Positions 40,592-50,697 of a DNA stretch of 64,000 nt are shown here, piece by piece. Origin of the DNA: Takakia lepidozioides. Lineage: Eukaryota; Plantae; Bryophyta. Location of the stretch: assembly GCA_030704615.1 (NCBI GenBank), contig CM060732.1, forward strand, positions 682,001 to 746,000, written 5' to 3'. Every line of letters begins with the position of its first letter. Within the stretch, counting starts at the first letter, position 1. Position numbers and translations under genes: made by a program. Below the pieces are notes generated by a model, which worked only from the letters and a program-made list of their open reading frames with translations, ran no database searches and was not told where the DNA came from.

Positions 40592-41455
40592 TGTGGGCAT
40601 TGTGGCAAGTATGGGCATGGAGATGCCCAATGTTATGACTTGCATCCTGAGTTGCGCCCAGGCCAGTTCCAAGGGAACAATGGTGGCCGGGGGCGAGGTG
40701 GACCAGCCCAAAGAGGACGAGGTGGTCGGGCACGAGGTGCAGGCCAAGGGTAAGCTCCACATGGCCAAGGACGCGGAGGTCAGGGTGTTGACCAAGGCAT
40801 GGCCAATCGGCTTCAGCAGCTAGAGCAGAGGCTCGCTGCCATGGCTATAGCTCAGGCGGTACCGGCTCCCAGGCGGGATGGTCCACCTCCTGCTCCTGAG
40901 GGAGGAGATATGGGAGGCATGGGATTCATGTGCGGAGCAGCACTACCACTAGAGCAGGTGGAGTCTGCTGCAGCCGTGACTCGAGGAGCAGCACGAGTTC
41001 CTGAGCCACGAGGTGCAGAGGTGGAGTTGGATCCACAACGTGGGGAGGCAAGCCGTCAGGCAAGGTTGCCTCAGTCGTTCACCTTGGCGGAGACAGTGTC
41101 AACGCCATCCATGGCACCTAGTTCTCGCCCGACTGTTACCGAGGTGGACATTACTATGTCATTGGGGAGAGCTACATGTGCAGCACTGACACCTGCCACC
41201 AAGGCTAGTGCAGCCGGTGTGTTGTTGGGGGCAGCCACCTCTGTGTGTCAAGCCCCACTGTTCTCGGCAACCATGATTGCGACGCCGGGAGTGAGACCAG
41301 CTACAGTGTTCAGACTAGCGGCAACACTCTGTGAGAGTGGGGAGGTCACTTCATCTTCTGCGGAGTTAGTGGAAGGTGTAGTGGCAGAGGGATCCTCGGA
41401 TTTGAGGGTCAAGACTGCCACGGCAGCGCCCTGGCAAGCTGCAGCTGCCAGCTAG
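40592..41455 (+). pseudogene. Gypsy gag C-terminal region (zinc knuckle, RGG-rich tract, linker)
   Basis: CGHCGKYGHGDAQC (CX2CX4HX4C) at 40592, in frame with ORF 40799-41455 across one TAA at 40751; frame changes into pol at ~41450. Confidence 0.8.
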
Positions 41456-41477
41456 GCCAGCCTTTGAGCGCACCACG

Positions 41478-43535
41478 GTGACACCTGGAATTGTCTTGTT
41501 AGACAACCAGGGAGACATTTTCACTTTGAGTGGACCGGCAGGCAAGAAGTACCGGCCACTGCGGGTCTTGTTGGACTCGGGAGCCCAGCCACTGATGTTG
41601 GGCAGAGCTGCTATTGCAGGTTTGGGCCTCATGGAGGCGGATATGGAGCCTTGTCCTTTCCAGATACAGACATCTCTGGGAGGATCAGAGCAGGCGCGGG
41701 GCATGACATGGCATCAGTTGGCTATTAGACTGCAGCCGGATCATCATGTAGATGGCTCAGTGATGCGAGCCAAAACCATTGTGACAGACGCGGTCTCTTA
41801 CGATGTCCTCATTGGTGGGGCAGTGTTATACCCCATGGGCTTCAACCTGGACTTTTGGGAGGAGTCAGCATCCTACAGGCCTGGATGGCAGTCAGGCGAT
41901 GGTCGCCGTGCACAGCTCCCTGTGACATTCATTGGGGGTATAGCGGCTGCCCAGCGGGGCAAGATGCCAACACTAGCCGCCTTTACAGCTGCAGTTAGTT
42001 GGCCTGGAGAGTTGCTGGAAGGCAATGCCCATGCAGAGGATGTGCCACCTCCAGCAGAGCAGGATGACATGCATGGTATGGCGGAGTTGCCTGCCATGGT
42101 TGCTCACACTCCATTGTGGGGTACGAGCAAGGATTTGCAGCAGGTTGCTGATCGACGGGTGCAACAAGCTTGGGTAGAGGCTTTTGTTCCGTCAGGAGAG
42201 GAGGAGAGTGCGGGTATTGCACCAGGACCACCTCAGTTGTCACCATTGGATACCACACCTATTGTGTGGCAGTATCCGGATGAAGGCATTTGCCTTCTGG
42301 ACTTGTTTGGCGGGATCAGCACTGGATTGGCTGCAGTGCTGCAGGCAGGTGTACGAGTTCGACGTTACCTGTATGTGGAGAGGGATGAGACTGCACGACG
42401 CGTCTCACTGCGCCATGTTGCTCAGATGGTGCAGCAGCACCCTGAGTTGTTGCCGGTGTCTGCAGTTCGTGGATATCAGCAGGCCTTGCCAGCAGACATT
42501 GCGTTGCTGGGGGCGCAGAATTTGGAGCGGGTTGGCTCCATTGATCTGGTAGTGGCAGGTTGGCCTTGCCAAGGGCATTCATCAGCCGGGCATGGCAATG
42601 GATTGCGAGACTCGAGGACGGGTCTGTTTTGGGAGATGGTGCGGATTTTGCGCCACTTGCAGCTTCATCAAGCTGTATCGCCAGCATACATCTTGGAGAA
42701 TGTGCCACTCATGGGCGATTCTCGGGCCAGGATGATGGCCAGTGTGCATCAAGTCCGATCATGGCTTGGGTCAGCAGTGCTGCTGGATGCAGCTGCAGTG
42801 GGATCACGGGCTCATCGTCTACGGCTATGGTGGACTAACTTGATGCCACCCGCACTGCTCAAGCGTGCATTTGATGGGGTGCAGCGGCCAGCACACCTCA
42901 CCGTGGATGGCATTTTGGACACAGGGAGGCAATCTCAACGTGTGAGACACGATGACCGTTCGCCTTTGGCAGTGGTCAACAGGGTGGGTCAACCACGAGC
43001 AGCATTATCTACACTGCTCAGCTTCCCAGGATCCCATGCTTTTCGGGATGGTGGACCTGGCCTCCTGTGGGATGCTCAGTTGCAGCAGTTAGTGGAGCCT
43101 AATGTCGACGAGCGAGAGCGGGCTATGGGATTTTCCACTGGGACCACGGCGGTGCCTTCTCTTTCTGAGGCATCACGGCGTCAGGTGTTGGGGCAAGCAA
43201 TGGATCTCAATTGCTTGACCTGGATTATCAGCTTGGCTATGGCTGAGCAACGTAGAGTGCGGAGTGCACTTCCCTTGATGGTCTCTCTACCTACCGAGAC
43301 GGTACAGGCAGCGAGTGGGGGCGAGCCGATGAGGACCACGGGGTGTAGACATCTATGGCACACGTGGGAGGTGCTCGAGGTTCAGAGGGAGTTGACAGCC
43401 AAGGCAGCTGTGATGGATGAGGTTGGGGATTCTTCTCGGGATGAGGAGGTTCTAAATGATGAGATGATGGGGCAGGATGAGGCCTTGTCATTGACTGAGC
43501 AGGAAGGGAGTACTGCTCAAAAGGTTGCAGCATAG
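41478..43535 (+). CDS. Aspartic protease fused to a DNMT3-like C5 cytosine methyltransferase
   Basis: Protease VLLDSGA (~41574) and DVLIG. MTase motifs in canonical order: I LDLFGGISTG, II YVERD, III DI, IV DLVVAGWPCQGHS, VI ILENV, VIII AHRLRLWWTN, IX ERERAMGF, X RRQVLGQAM (~42285-43240). Confidence 0.93.
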   Translation: MTPGIVLLDNQGDIFTLSGPAGKKYRPLRVLLDSGAQPLMLGRAAIAGLGLMEADMEPCPFQIQTSLGGSEQARGMTWHQLAIRLQPDHHVDGSVMRAKTIVTDAVSYDVLIGGAVLYPMGFNLDFWEESASYRPGWQSGDGRRAQLPVTFIGGIAAAQRGKMPTLAAFTAAVSWPGELLEGNAHAEDVPPPAEQDDMHGMAELPAMVAHTPLWGTSKDLQQVADRRVQQAWVEAFVPSGEEESAGIAPGPPQLSPLDTTPIVWQYPDEGICLLDLFGGISTGLAAVLQAGVRVRRYLYVERDETARRVSLRHVAQMVQQHPELLPVSAVRGYQQALPADIALLGAQNLERVGSIDLVVAGWPCQGHSSAGHGNGLRDSRTGLFWEMVRILRHLQLHQAVSPAYILENVPLMGDSRARMMASVHQVRSWLGSAVLLDAAAVGSRAHRLRLWWTNLMPPALLKRAFDGVQRPAHLTVDGILDTGRQSQRVRHDDRSPLAVVNRVGQPRAALSTLLSFPGSHAFRDGGPGLLWDAQLQQLVEPNVDERERAMGFSTGTTAVPSLSEASRRQVLGQAMDLNCLTWIISLAMAEQRRVRSALPLMVSLPTETVQAASGGEPMRTTGCRHLWHTWEVLEVQRELTAKAAVMDEVGDSSRDEEVLNDEMMGQDEALSLTEQEGSTAQKVAA

Positions 43536-43694
43536 CAACCACGGGACGCGTCCTCTACCTCTAAGCCCACTGGACTTAAGGTTGCAGTTACGGAGGACAA
43601 TTGGGAGCCTGACATTGGACCCATTGTCACCGGAGGAGAGAGACGACGTATACGGCGGTTCCTGAGGGTTTACAGGAATTGCTTTGCCTTCAGT

Positions 43695-46358
43695 TTGAAG
43701 GACTTGGGAGCACTGAAGGGTCAAGAGATCCGTATTGAGTTGGCCACTGACACGCCAAGATTTCGGAGACCCTATAGATACAGTGACATGGAGAGGTCTT
43801 TGATTCAGATGAGGACTCAAGATCTCTGGGAGGCAGGTTTGGTGGAGCTCTCTGGTGGAGAGTATGCTTCAGCCACAGTGATGCCAGCCAAGAAGGATGT
43901 CTATGGCAATTGGACGGAGAGACGTATGTGCGGTGATTACCGGCCTGTAAATCGTCAGACCAAGTCCGATAGGTATGCCATGCCGACACCAGAGGAGATC
44001 TTTGATGCCATTGGGCATTCCAAGGTCTTTAGCACGTTGGATTTACGATCCGGATATCACCAGTTGCCGATCAAGGAGGCGGATAAGCAAAAGACGGCAT
44101 TCTGGGGGATCAATGAGCACGGGAAGGATTGCCTATACCAGTGGCGGTTCTTACCATTTGGGCTTAAAAACGCTCCCGCTGAGTTTCAAAGAGTCATGGA
44201 CAGGATTCTAGCAGGGGTGGAGTTTGTTCGGTGCTACATAGATGACATCATCATCTTTAGTGCTACGGTGGAGGAGCATGAGAGACACCTTCAGGGGGTA
44301 TTTGAGCGCTTGAGGACGCACGGATTGAAGTTACATCCGGGCAAGTGCAAGTTTTTCCACAACCAGATTGAGTATCTGGGTCACATGATATATCCTGGAG
44401 GATTGGGGGTACAACAGACTAAGGTAGAGTCCATTGCACAGGTTCCACGCCCCACGGATGTGAGCCGAGTTCGAGCTTTCATGGGGTTAGCAAACTATTA
44501 CAGACGGTTTGTTAAGGGATTTAGTGCCATTGCAAAGGCTCTAACCAAGCTGACCAAGGTGGACCAGGAGTGGCAGTGGGAAGATGAGCAAGAACAAGCT
44601 TTTCAAGAGCTCAAGGCGAGGTTGACCTCGGCGCCCATCTTGAGACGACCTATCAGGGGGCGTCCTTTTCAGCTGCATACAGATTGGAGCATGCTGGGGC
44701 TTGGAGCGGTGCTCACACAGGTGGATGATGAGGGAAGAGAGTTCGTAGTGGCTTATGCTAGCCGCTCGAACAATGCTGCAGAGTCTAAGTATAGCTCATA
44801 TGAGGGAGAATGCTTAGCTGCAGTGTGGGCCGTGGCACACTTCAGGTGCTATCTATACGGCAATCTCTTCACCCTTGTCACAGATCACCAACCACTCAAG
44901 TGGTTGATGGAGTCAGACAAGCTTACGGGGAAGCTTGCACGGTGGGCACTCATCCTTCAAGAGTATGACTTTCAGATGGTGCATCGACCGGGTTTGGTCA
45001 ATCGCAATGCAGATGGGTTGAGTCGCAATCCATGCACGAGCCAGCAGGATGACACTGGAGCTCGGTGGCATGGTGAGACGGACGAGGAGATGGTGCCCGG
45101 ATGGCATGCATCTGCATTTCTGTGTATCTTGGCAGCGGAAGGCCAGGTTGGACCTGCAACAGGGATGACTGTAGATCAAGTGTCTGAGGACCCGGAGGCC
45201 AGCAATGAGCAAGGTGGCGCCAAAGATATACATGAGGATTCAGTTGTGTTGGACTACCTCCGCACTGGAGACACGGCAGCCACTGTGACTGCCAAGGAGA
45301 GGGATCGGATCCTACAACAAGCCAAGAGGTTCAAGTGGGAGGGGACACACCTGCTCCGAGTGTGGGAGGATGGTCGAGTGAGGATTGTGCCTCACCCAAC
45401 ACAGCAGGCACGGTTAGTGCGGCATGCCCACGAGGAGTTGGGGCATTTTGGGGTGCGACGCACCCATAGCCTACTGCAGGGGCAGTATTGGTGGCGTGGT
45501 ATGCACACAGAGGTGCAACAATTTGTGGCTAGGTGCATGGTGTGTGACAGGGTGCGTGCTTCATTCAACGCCCCTACTCCACAATTGCACCCTCTTCCGA
45601 TCATGGGATTGGGCTACAGGTGGAGTCTTGACTTCGCAGGGCCGTTGCCACTGACCATGCGCCACAACAAGTACGTGTTGGTGATGGTGGAGCACTTCTC
45701 CAAGTGGATTGAATTGGTTCCATTGCCTGATAAGGCTAGTGAGGGAGCTGCGTATGCATTCTTGGATTGTGTGCTTAGCCGATTCGGTGCTCCAGCTGAG
45801 GTACTCACGGACCAAGGGAGAGAGTTCTTGGGGGAGTTTCAGGCTTTGTGTGACAAGGCCTTGATAGACCACCGCACCACTTCTCGGGATCATCCTGAGG
45901 CCGATGGCTTGGCAGAGAGAGTTGTTCAGACAGTAAAGAGGGGTTTGCGCAAGTATGGCTTGCAGAAGGGACACCTAGGAGATTGGGACCTTCAGTTACC
46001 CTGGTTAGCCATGGGCTACAGGTTCAGCAAGCAAGCATCACTTGCCTCCTTCTCACCATACTTTCTTCTCTTTGGCCGAGAGCCGGATTTGCCTACATCC
46101 ATTCGCAGAGAAGCTGCTACAGTTCTTAACCTTGACGATCCGGACGTGTGGGCACGTGCATGTAAGCAGCGTGCAGAGTTGTTCAAGAGAGTCATGCCCA
46201 TGGCTTTCGAGAACCTTGCCATTGCACAACACCGTGATACGTTGAGGTATGCTACCATACGTGGTGGGGGCTATCGTCCTGGGGTTCGGAGATTCAACCC
46301 TGGTGACTATGTCTATCTGCAGCAGACTGCTCCTACGACCCTGGATGTGACTGCATGA
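43695..46358 (+). CDS. Gypsy pol: reverse transcriptase, RNase H, integrase
   Basis: RMCGDYRPVN, LDLRSGYHQ, LPFGLKNAP, YIDD (44235); RNase H LHTDWS, YEGECLA, TDHQPL, NADGLSR; integrase HEELGH..CMVC, SLDFAG, LTDQG, AERVV. In frame with the upstream ORF across a single TAG. Confidence 0.97.
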   Translation: MKDLGALKGQEIRIELATDTPRFRRPYRYSDMERSLIQMRTQDLWEAGLVELSGGEYASATVMPAKKDVYGNWTERRMCGDYRPVNRQTKSDRYAMPTPEEIFDAIGHSKVFSTLDLRSGYHQLPIKEADKQKTAFWGINEHGKDCLYQWRFLPFGLKNAPAEFQRVMDRILAGVEFVRCYIDDIIIFSATVEEHERHLQGVFERLRTHGLKLHPGKCKFFHNQIEYLGHMIYPGGLGVQQTKVESIAQVPRPTDVSRVRAFMGLANYYRRFVKGFSAIAKALTKLTKVDQEWQWEDEQEQAFQELKARLTSAPILRRPIRGRPFQLHTDWSMLGLGAVLTQVDDEGREFVVAYASRSNNAAESKYSSYEGECLAAVWAVAHFRCYLYGNLFTLVTDHQPLKWLMESDKLTGKLARWALILQEYDFQMVHRPGLVNRNADGLSRNPCTSQQDDTGARWHGETDEEMVPGWHASAFLCILAAEGQVGPATGMTVDQVSEDPEASNEQGGAKDIHEDSVVLDYLRTGDTAATVTAKERDRILQQAKRFKWEGTHLLRVWEDGRVRIVPHPTQQARLVRHAHEELGHFGVRRTHSLLQGQYWWRGMHTEVQQFVARCMVCDRVRASFNAPTPQLHPLPIMGLGYRWSLDFAGPLPLTMRHNKYVLVMVEHFSKWIELVPLPDKASEGAAYAFLDCVLSRFGAPAEVLTDQGREFLGEFQALCDKALIDHRTTSRDHPEADGLAERVVQTVKRGLRKYGLQKGHLGDWDLQLPWLAMGYRFSKQASLASFSPYFLLFGREPDLPTSIRREAATVLNLDDPDVWARACKQRAELFKRVMPMAFENLAIAQHRDTLRYATIRGGGYRPGVRRFNPGDYVYLQQTAPTTLDVTA

Positions 46359-46661
46359 CGTGTTATTTTGAGGGTTCGAGAGGTCTTGCCCTCAGGCGTC
46401 TTGGTCTTGGAGGGTCGGGATGGCATAACTTGGAAGGACCATGTGCGTAATTGTGCGCCATGTCACCTTCCGAATGTCGATGGCAGAATTGACCCAAACC
46501 TGGCAGTGGTATCTGCAGGTTTGAGGTGCATGTTGTGTGGGTCTGCTAAAGGGGCAACCACCATGCTGGTGTGCGATCGATGCTCTAGAGGTTGACATAT
46601 GGGATGCTTGACTCCACCTCTTGAGATGGTTCCAGATGGGGATTGGTTATGTCCACATTGC
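46359..46661 (+). pseudogene. Integrase C-terminal extension with PHD finger
   Basis: Same frame as pol across TGA 46356 and TGA 46593: CMLC...MLVCDRCSRG*HMGCLTPPLEMVPDGDWLCPHC (C4HC3) at 46527-46661. Confidence 0.9.
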
Positions 46662-47059
46662 ATTGGATGGTGGGAGTGGATACAACCATGGAAGGCTAAC
46701 AAGAAACGCAAGGCCCAGCTACTAGGAGACCTTGAACACACGAGATCCTGGCTCAAGTTCACAGATTGCAAGACGGCGACCAACGATGGGGCTACTCTTG
46801 TACCCGGCCCCTTGGTCTATAGAATTTGAGTACAATAGGGACAGTGATAGAGGACTTAGTACGGCTGTGGCTATTACATCTTGTAGCTATCTGGAGGTAG
46901 AGGGACCTATCCACCAGCTAGGGGGGCGATTGTGGCAGACTACTTTATTGTGCATATATGTGTGGTGTGGTTTGGACAGCGATGTAGTTGTGTAGCGATA
47001 TGTATGCGCACGACACCCTACTTGGTATTACATATCCATCCCTACCGTTCATTTCCTTC

Positions 47060-47237
47060 CCAAAAAAATAAAAAATATGACGCCTCCGAAGGAAGCGTAA
47101 CTTATGGTGTCTCTTGACCCCGAAGGGCTACTGCCTTCCAGCAGGATGGTGGACACCTTTGGTGACACCAATTGGTGGACTAAACCCACAACCACTTCCG
47201 AGGTGGTATGTGCCCATTACCACTTGGCTACAACTTG
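47060..47237 (-). mobile_element. tRNA-derived SINE
   Basis: Minus strand has an A-box TAGCCAAGTGGTAA, a degenerate B-box GGGTTTAGTCC and a T-rich tail. Flanked by GTTCATTTCCTTC / GTTCATTAATTTCCTTC; absent at the paralogous site ~8125-8137; second copy near 3100. Confidence 0.75.
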
Positions 47238-48046
47238 GTTCATTAATTTCCTTCAAAGAATATGGCATATGCCCTGGACCGGCATAGGGTTGAAAATGTG
47301 CTATCCAGCCAACACCAGATAAGAGAGAAATGAAATGAAATAGTACTTTATAATGGAAAGCTCAAAGAGCTTATGGGACAAAAGGAAATTCAAGAAAGAA
47401 GAGACAAACCGCAGCCAAAAGCAGCCCAAAAGTCATTACTACTCAAGGGATTGCCTAAGGGTCAAGGCCTCATGCAGATAAGCTGCCAAGCATTTCTGAT
47501 TAAGAGAGAGAGACAAATGAAATGAAATGAAAAAGAACTTTATAATGTCCGCAAAAAGCTCAAAGTGCTTATGGGACAAAAAGAAAGTAAGAAACAAGAA
47601 AGAATAAAAGACAGAGCTAAGCCCGAAGCGGCCCAAAAGCAACGGCTCAAGGGATTGTCAAAGGGTCAAAGCTTCATGAATGCATAAAAAACTGCCAAGC
47701 ATTTCTGAACCTTATAATGGGAGTCTTCAGTGAAAGATTGGGTATCACGGAACAGTCAATGGGATCTCCCACGAATACCATAATAAATTAGAGGCCATGT
47801 ATGCATGTTTGGGCAGCTAGGGCAGCCAAATGTTGCGTTGAATTATTTCTAAAATTCAACAGCCGTCTGCTTAACTTTGTGCTCAGTACCTCTAAAGAGC
47901 ACCAACTCAGCCTGCATAGAACACTGTCGCACCTAAAAACATTTGTGCAAACAAGCCAGTAGATCTGACACTATTTCTCAGTTTCTAGATCTATCTGCCT
48001 GAATCCTGCGTAGAATCTTTTCGAATTTAGAGTCTCGCAGTTCACA

Positions 48047-49837
48047 CTAGGCCACCACGCATAGCGGAGGGAGGTCCCATGAGTTCCATAGAGCCTCTTG
48101 ACTTGGGCACTCCCCTCCTTCAGCTGCAGAAAAGTTGGGAGGGGGGGTGCCAGCATTTACGCTGGGTTGGCCCCATCCGCCATTACTAGTCACCTTCCAG
48201 AGAGGGGAAGAGGAGAGGAATGGAGACGAGGATCCACGGCATAATGTTGGTGACAGGGAGAGTGAGGGGGAAGACATGCTGTAAGAGACTCCTGGAGAGT
48301 ATGAAAGTAGCAAGCATTCTTGGACCCCGTTCATAGCATAGAGAGATGCCGAGATTGAGCGTTCATACTTCATCCTCAGCAAGTGCTCGTTGAAGCCGTC
48401 GTCAGACAGAATAGGCTCCTCCAGAGTGCTGGTGTCTAACTCGTTGTCAAGAGGGTCCGACAATCCCCCGCCCATGGGAGCGGGGAGATCTAGGCCTGCA
48501 GGTCCAGCCATGGCCATGCCAGAGGAGAAATCAAAGGAAGAGGTGTAGACTCCTGAATCCTCGCAGCTCACATCCACATCGGACAGCCCCGTGAGTCCAC
48601 TGCTCATATCTGTCTCATCAGATTCTTGAGAGAGGGGCTGAATTTCGGGGTACTCCCTCTCTCGAAGAATCGCAGATCCAGAGAACTTCTTTGATTTTTT
48701 GTATTCCATTTCATGACTTGTATAAACCTCTTCTTTCATGCACATTGTTGGCGACTGAGATATTCGCAGGTCCCTCTCTGAGCACATGTCGTTTGCGTTA
48801 TAGCTACAGGCTGACTCAGATTGCATACGAATTACGGGACAACTGCTGATGTACTCGCCCTCCGCGCACACCTCTCTCTCCCGGCACAATGGTAATTCCC
48901 TCTCTCTGCAAACTTGCATTCCATGATCCAAATCTCCATGGCTGTCTTGCTTATGGTTACCATATTCGTTCTCATAATCTCCGTGGCCATCGTATGGCAT
49001 GAAGATGGTGCGTTGTTGTTCGCGGAGTAGGAGATTGTTGTCGACTGGAAGATTGAGTTGGTCACTAGGGAGATGATGTCTGGTAGTTGACTGTTGAGAT
49101 TGCAATGACCTTGTGGAAGCTATGCGGTCCTCAGCTACACCCGCTTTGTAGCTATGGTGGGCTTGTGCAGGCGAGGCGACAGGTACGGCAGCAATACGAG
49201 CCTCACCGTTTTCTAGCTTAGCTGCTGCCGCTTTCTGCCGGAGAAGGAGCAGGCGCGCAGCTTTAGAAGGTAGGACTGAACCATCAGAGGGGGCTGCTAC
49301 GAAGTTGGTACGCGTGTTAGCTCCCCTCAGCAGCCAAGCAGCTTCGTCATAAGCACGAGCAGCGGCCTCCGCAGTGTCAAATGTTCCCAACCATAGCCTG
49401 ATTTTCTGTGTGGTATCCTTTATCTCCGCCACCCACCTTCCCGACGGCCGCTGCCGAACACCTACAAACCTCTTCTTGCTTCGTCCCCTGCCTCCGAAAC
49501 GGTTGGAATTGGAGCCAACACCCTCCTTTCCCTCATCAACGAGGTCTGGAAACTTATGGTGTTCAAAGGGGGCATCTTCTCCCCCTGGAGGAATTGTGTG
49601 CTGATGTTTCTCTTTGGATTGGGACCCGGCATTTCCCGGTGCATCTTCCCCACACGAAAGGAGAGAGGAGTCGGAAAAACAATGTGCCACATTGAAGTTT
49701 TCTACAGTGGGCGTTTTACAAGAGAGATCCATGGATCTACTAGACCCACCTGGGTTATCTGTGCTTATCATGTCGCACTCGGGAGCAGCGATCATGGAAC
49801 GAGCCATGTCGAACCTTGCCTGACTGTTTGCCGCCAT
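48047..49837 (-). CDS. Intronless AP2/ERF transcription factor, ERN (ERF Required for Nodulation)-like
   Basis: Single AP2 domain [54 protein letters not shown], plus [17 protein letters not shown] and [11 protein letters not shown] motifs I recall from the ERN clade; 596 aa. Confidence 0.9.
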   Translation of the reverse strand: MAANSQARFDMARSMIAAPECDMISTDNPGGSSRSMDLSCKTPTVENFNVAHCFSDSSLLSCGEDAPGNAGSQSKEKHQHTIPPGGEDAPFEHHKFPDLVDEGKEGVGSNSNRFGGRGRSKKRFVGVRQRPSGRWVAEIKDTTQKIRLWLGTFDTAEAAARAYDEAAWLLRGANTRTNFVAAPSDGSVLPSKAARLLLLRQKAAAAKLENGEARIAAVPVASPAQAHHSYKAGVAEDRIASTRSLQSQQSTTRHHLPSDQLNLPVDNNLLLREQQRTIFMPYDGHGDYENEYGNHKQDSHGDLDHGMQVCRERELPLCREREVCAEGEYISSCPVIRMQSESACSYNANDMCSERDLRISQSPTMCMKEEVYTSHEMEYKKSKKFSGSAILREREYPEIQPLSQESDETDMSSGLTGLSDVDVSCEDSGVYTSSFDFSSGMAMAGPAGLDLPAPMGGGLSDPLDNELDTSTLEEPILSDDGFNEHLLRMKYERSISASLYAMNGVQECLLLSYSPGVSYSMSSPSLSLSPTLCRGSSSPFLSSSPLWKVTSNGGWGQPSVNAGTPPPNFSAAEGGECPSQEALWNSWDLPPLCVVA

Positions 49838-50697
49838 TTTATCACTGGAAAGAGAGCTCGGACCTCTCTCTCTCTCTCTCTCTCTCTTTTCTTGCCAATT
49901 CTGTGTATCCGATGGTGATTGAAGTGCTCACTAGGTCTCTCAAACTCTGCCTGTCTCTCAACTATTGCTAGAGTGCGCTAATGTTGGGGATGGACTGAAG
50001 AGCAGGCTGGGCAGTACAGTAGTTAGAGCGAGCTGAGGACAATGAGAGAAAAGGTAGAGCTCATGAATATAAGCAACGCTGCAATTCGGAAGACTTGACG
50101 CCTGCTTATCCGCCGAAAATACCTTGTCGTCTTGCGTACCACCGTCTATAAATACCCATGCAAGACAAGGCTCCTCTCTCATCCCATTCCAACGTGGACA
50201 ACAGCTCGCTCTCTGCTGAGAAAACCGGCATCAGGAATCCGGCACTGGAGGGCGGCCCGCCAAGTGGCGACTATTCACAGACTAGTCGCCACGCCCGCGT
50301 CGTGTAGCGTACGACGTACGCGTACATCCCCGCTACCTACCTACCTCTCGCCACGACCTAGGTACCTCGCTAGTCGGTAGGTATGTCCCTGCTCTGTCGT
50401 TTTGCGGTGTATGTACGTCCAAATATTCGTATTCGTTTGACCTCATTTTGTCGTATGCCGCCGCTGCATACGTACGTCGGACGCAGGCCTGGGTATCCAC
50501 GATTTCACGTCGCCCCACAACACGACAACAGCTGCTGCGTTCGTCGCTTGGCCTGCGACAACCCTACTCTCTCAACAGAAACCAACTGCACGACGCAGAT
50601 CTACCTAAGTACCTATTTCCGCGGAATGAAACTCGATTGCCACCCCTTCGTTTGCCCACCTTTATCATCCAGAAAGGTGGGGATTTGCGTGGTGCAC

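Larger units (their letters stand above)
39327..47015 (+). mobile_element. Ty3/Gypsy retrotransposon carrying a C5 DNA methyltransferase and a PHD finger
   Basis: TGTC...GACA ends; CCCT duplicated at 39323-39326 and 47016-47019; empty site at ~8155-8172. Domain order gag(CCHC)-PR-DNMT-RT-RH-IN-PHD. PPT-like AGGGGGGCGA at ~46920. Confidence 0.93.

Noticed and set aside
41478-43535. Bacterial restriction-modification methylase (contamination) or a host DRM/CMT gene
   Set aside because: The domain is in frame within a Gypsy polyprotein inserted in plant sequence with a TSD; there is no endonuclease partner, intron, UBA/BAH/chromo domain or DRM-type motif permutation.
41873-46783. Many antisense and alternative-frame ORFs over the Gypsy pol
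   Set aside because: Shadow ORFs of a long GC-rich coding frame with no recognisable motifs.
47180-47237. Possible tRNA gene
   Set aside because: Only an A-box and a degenerate B-box, no cloverleaf; TSD and tail indicate a SINE.
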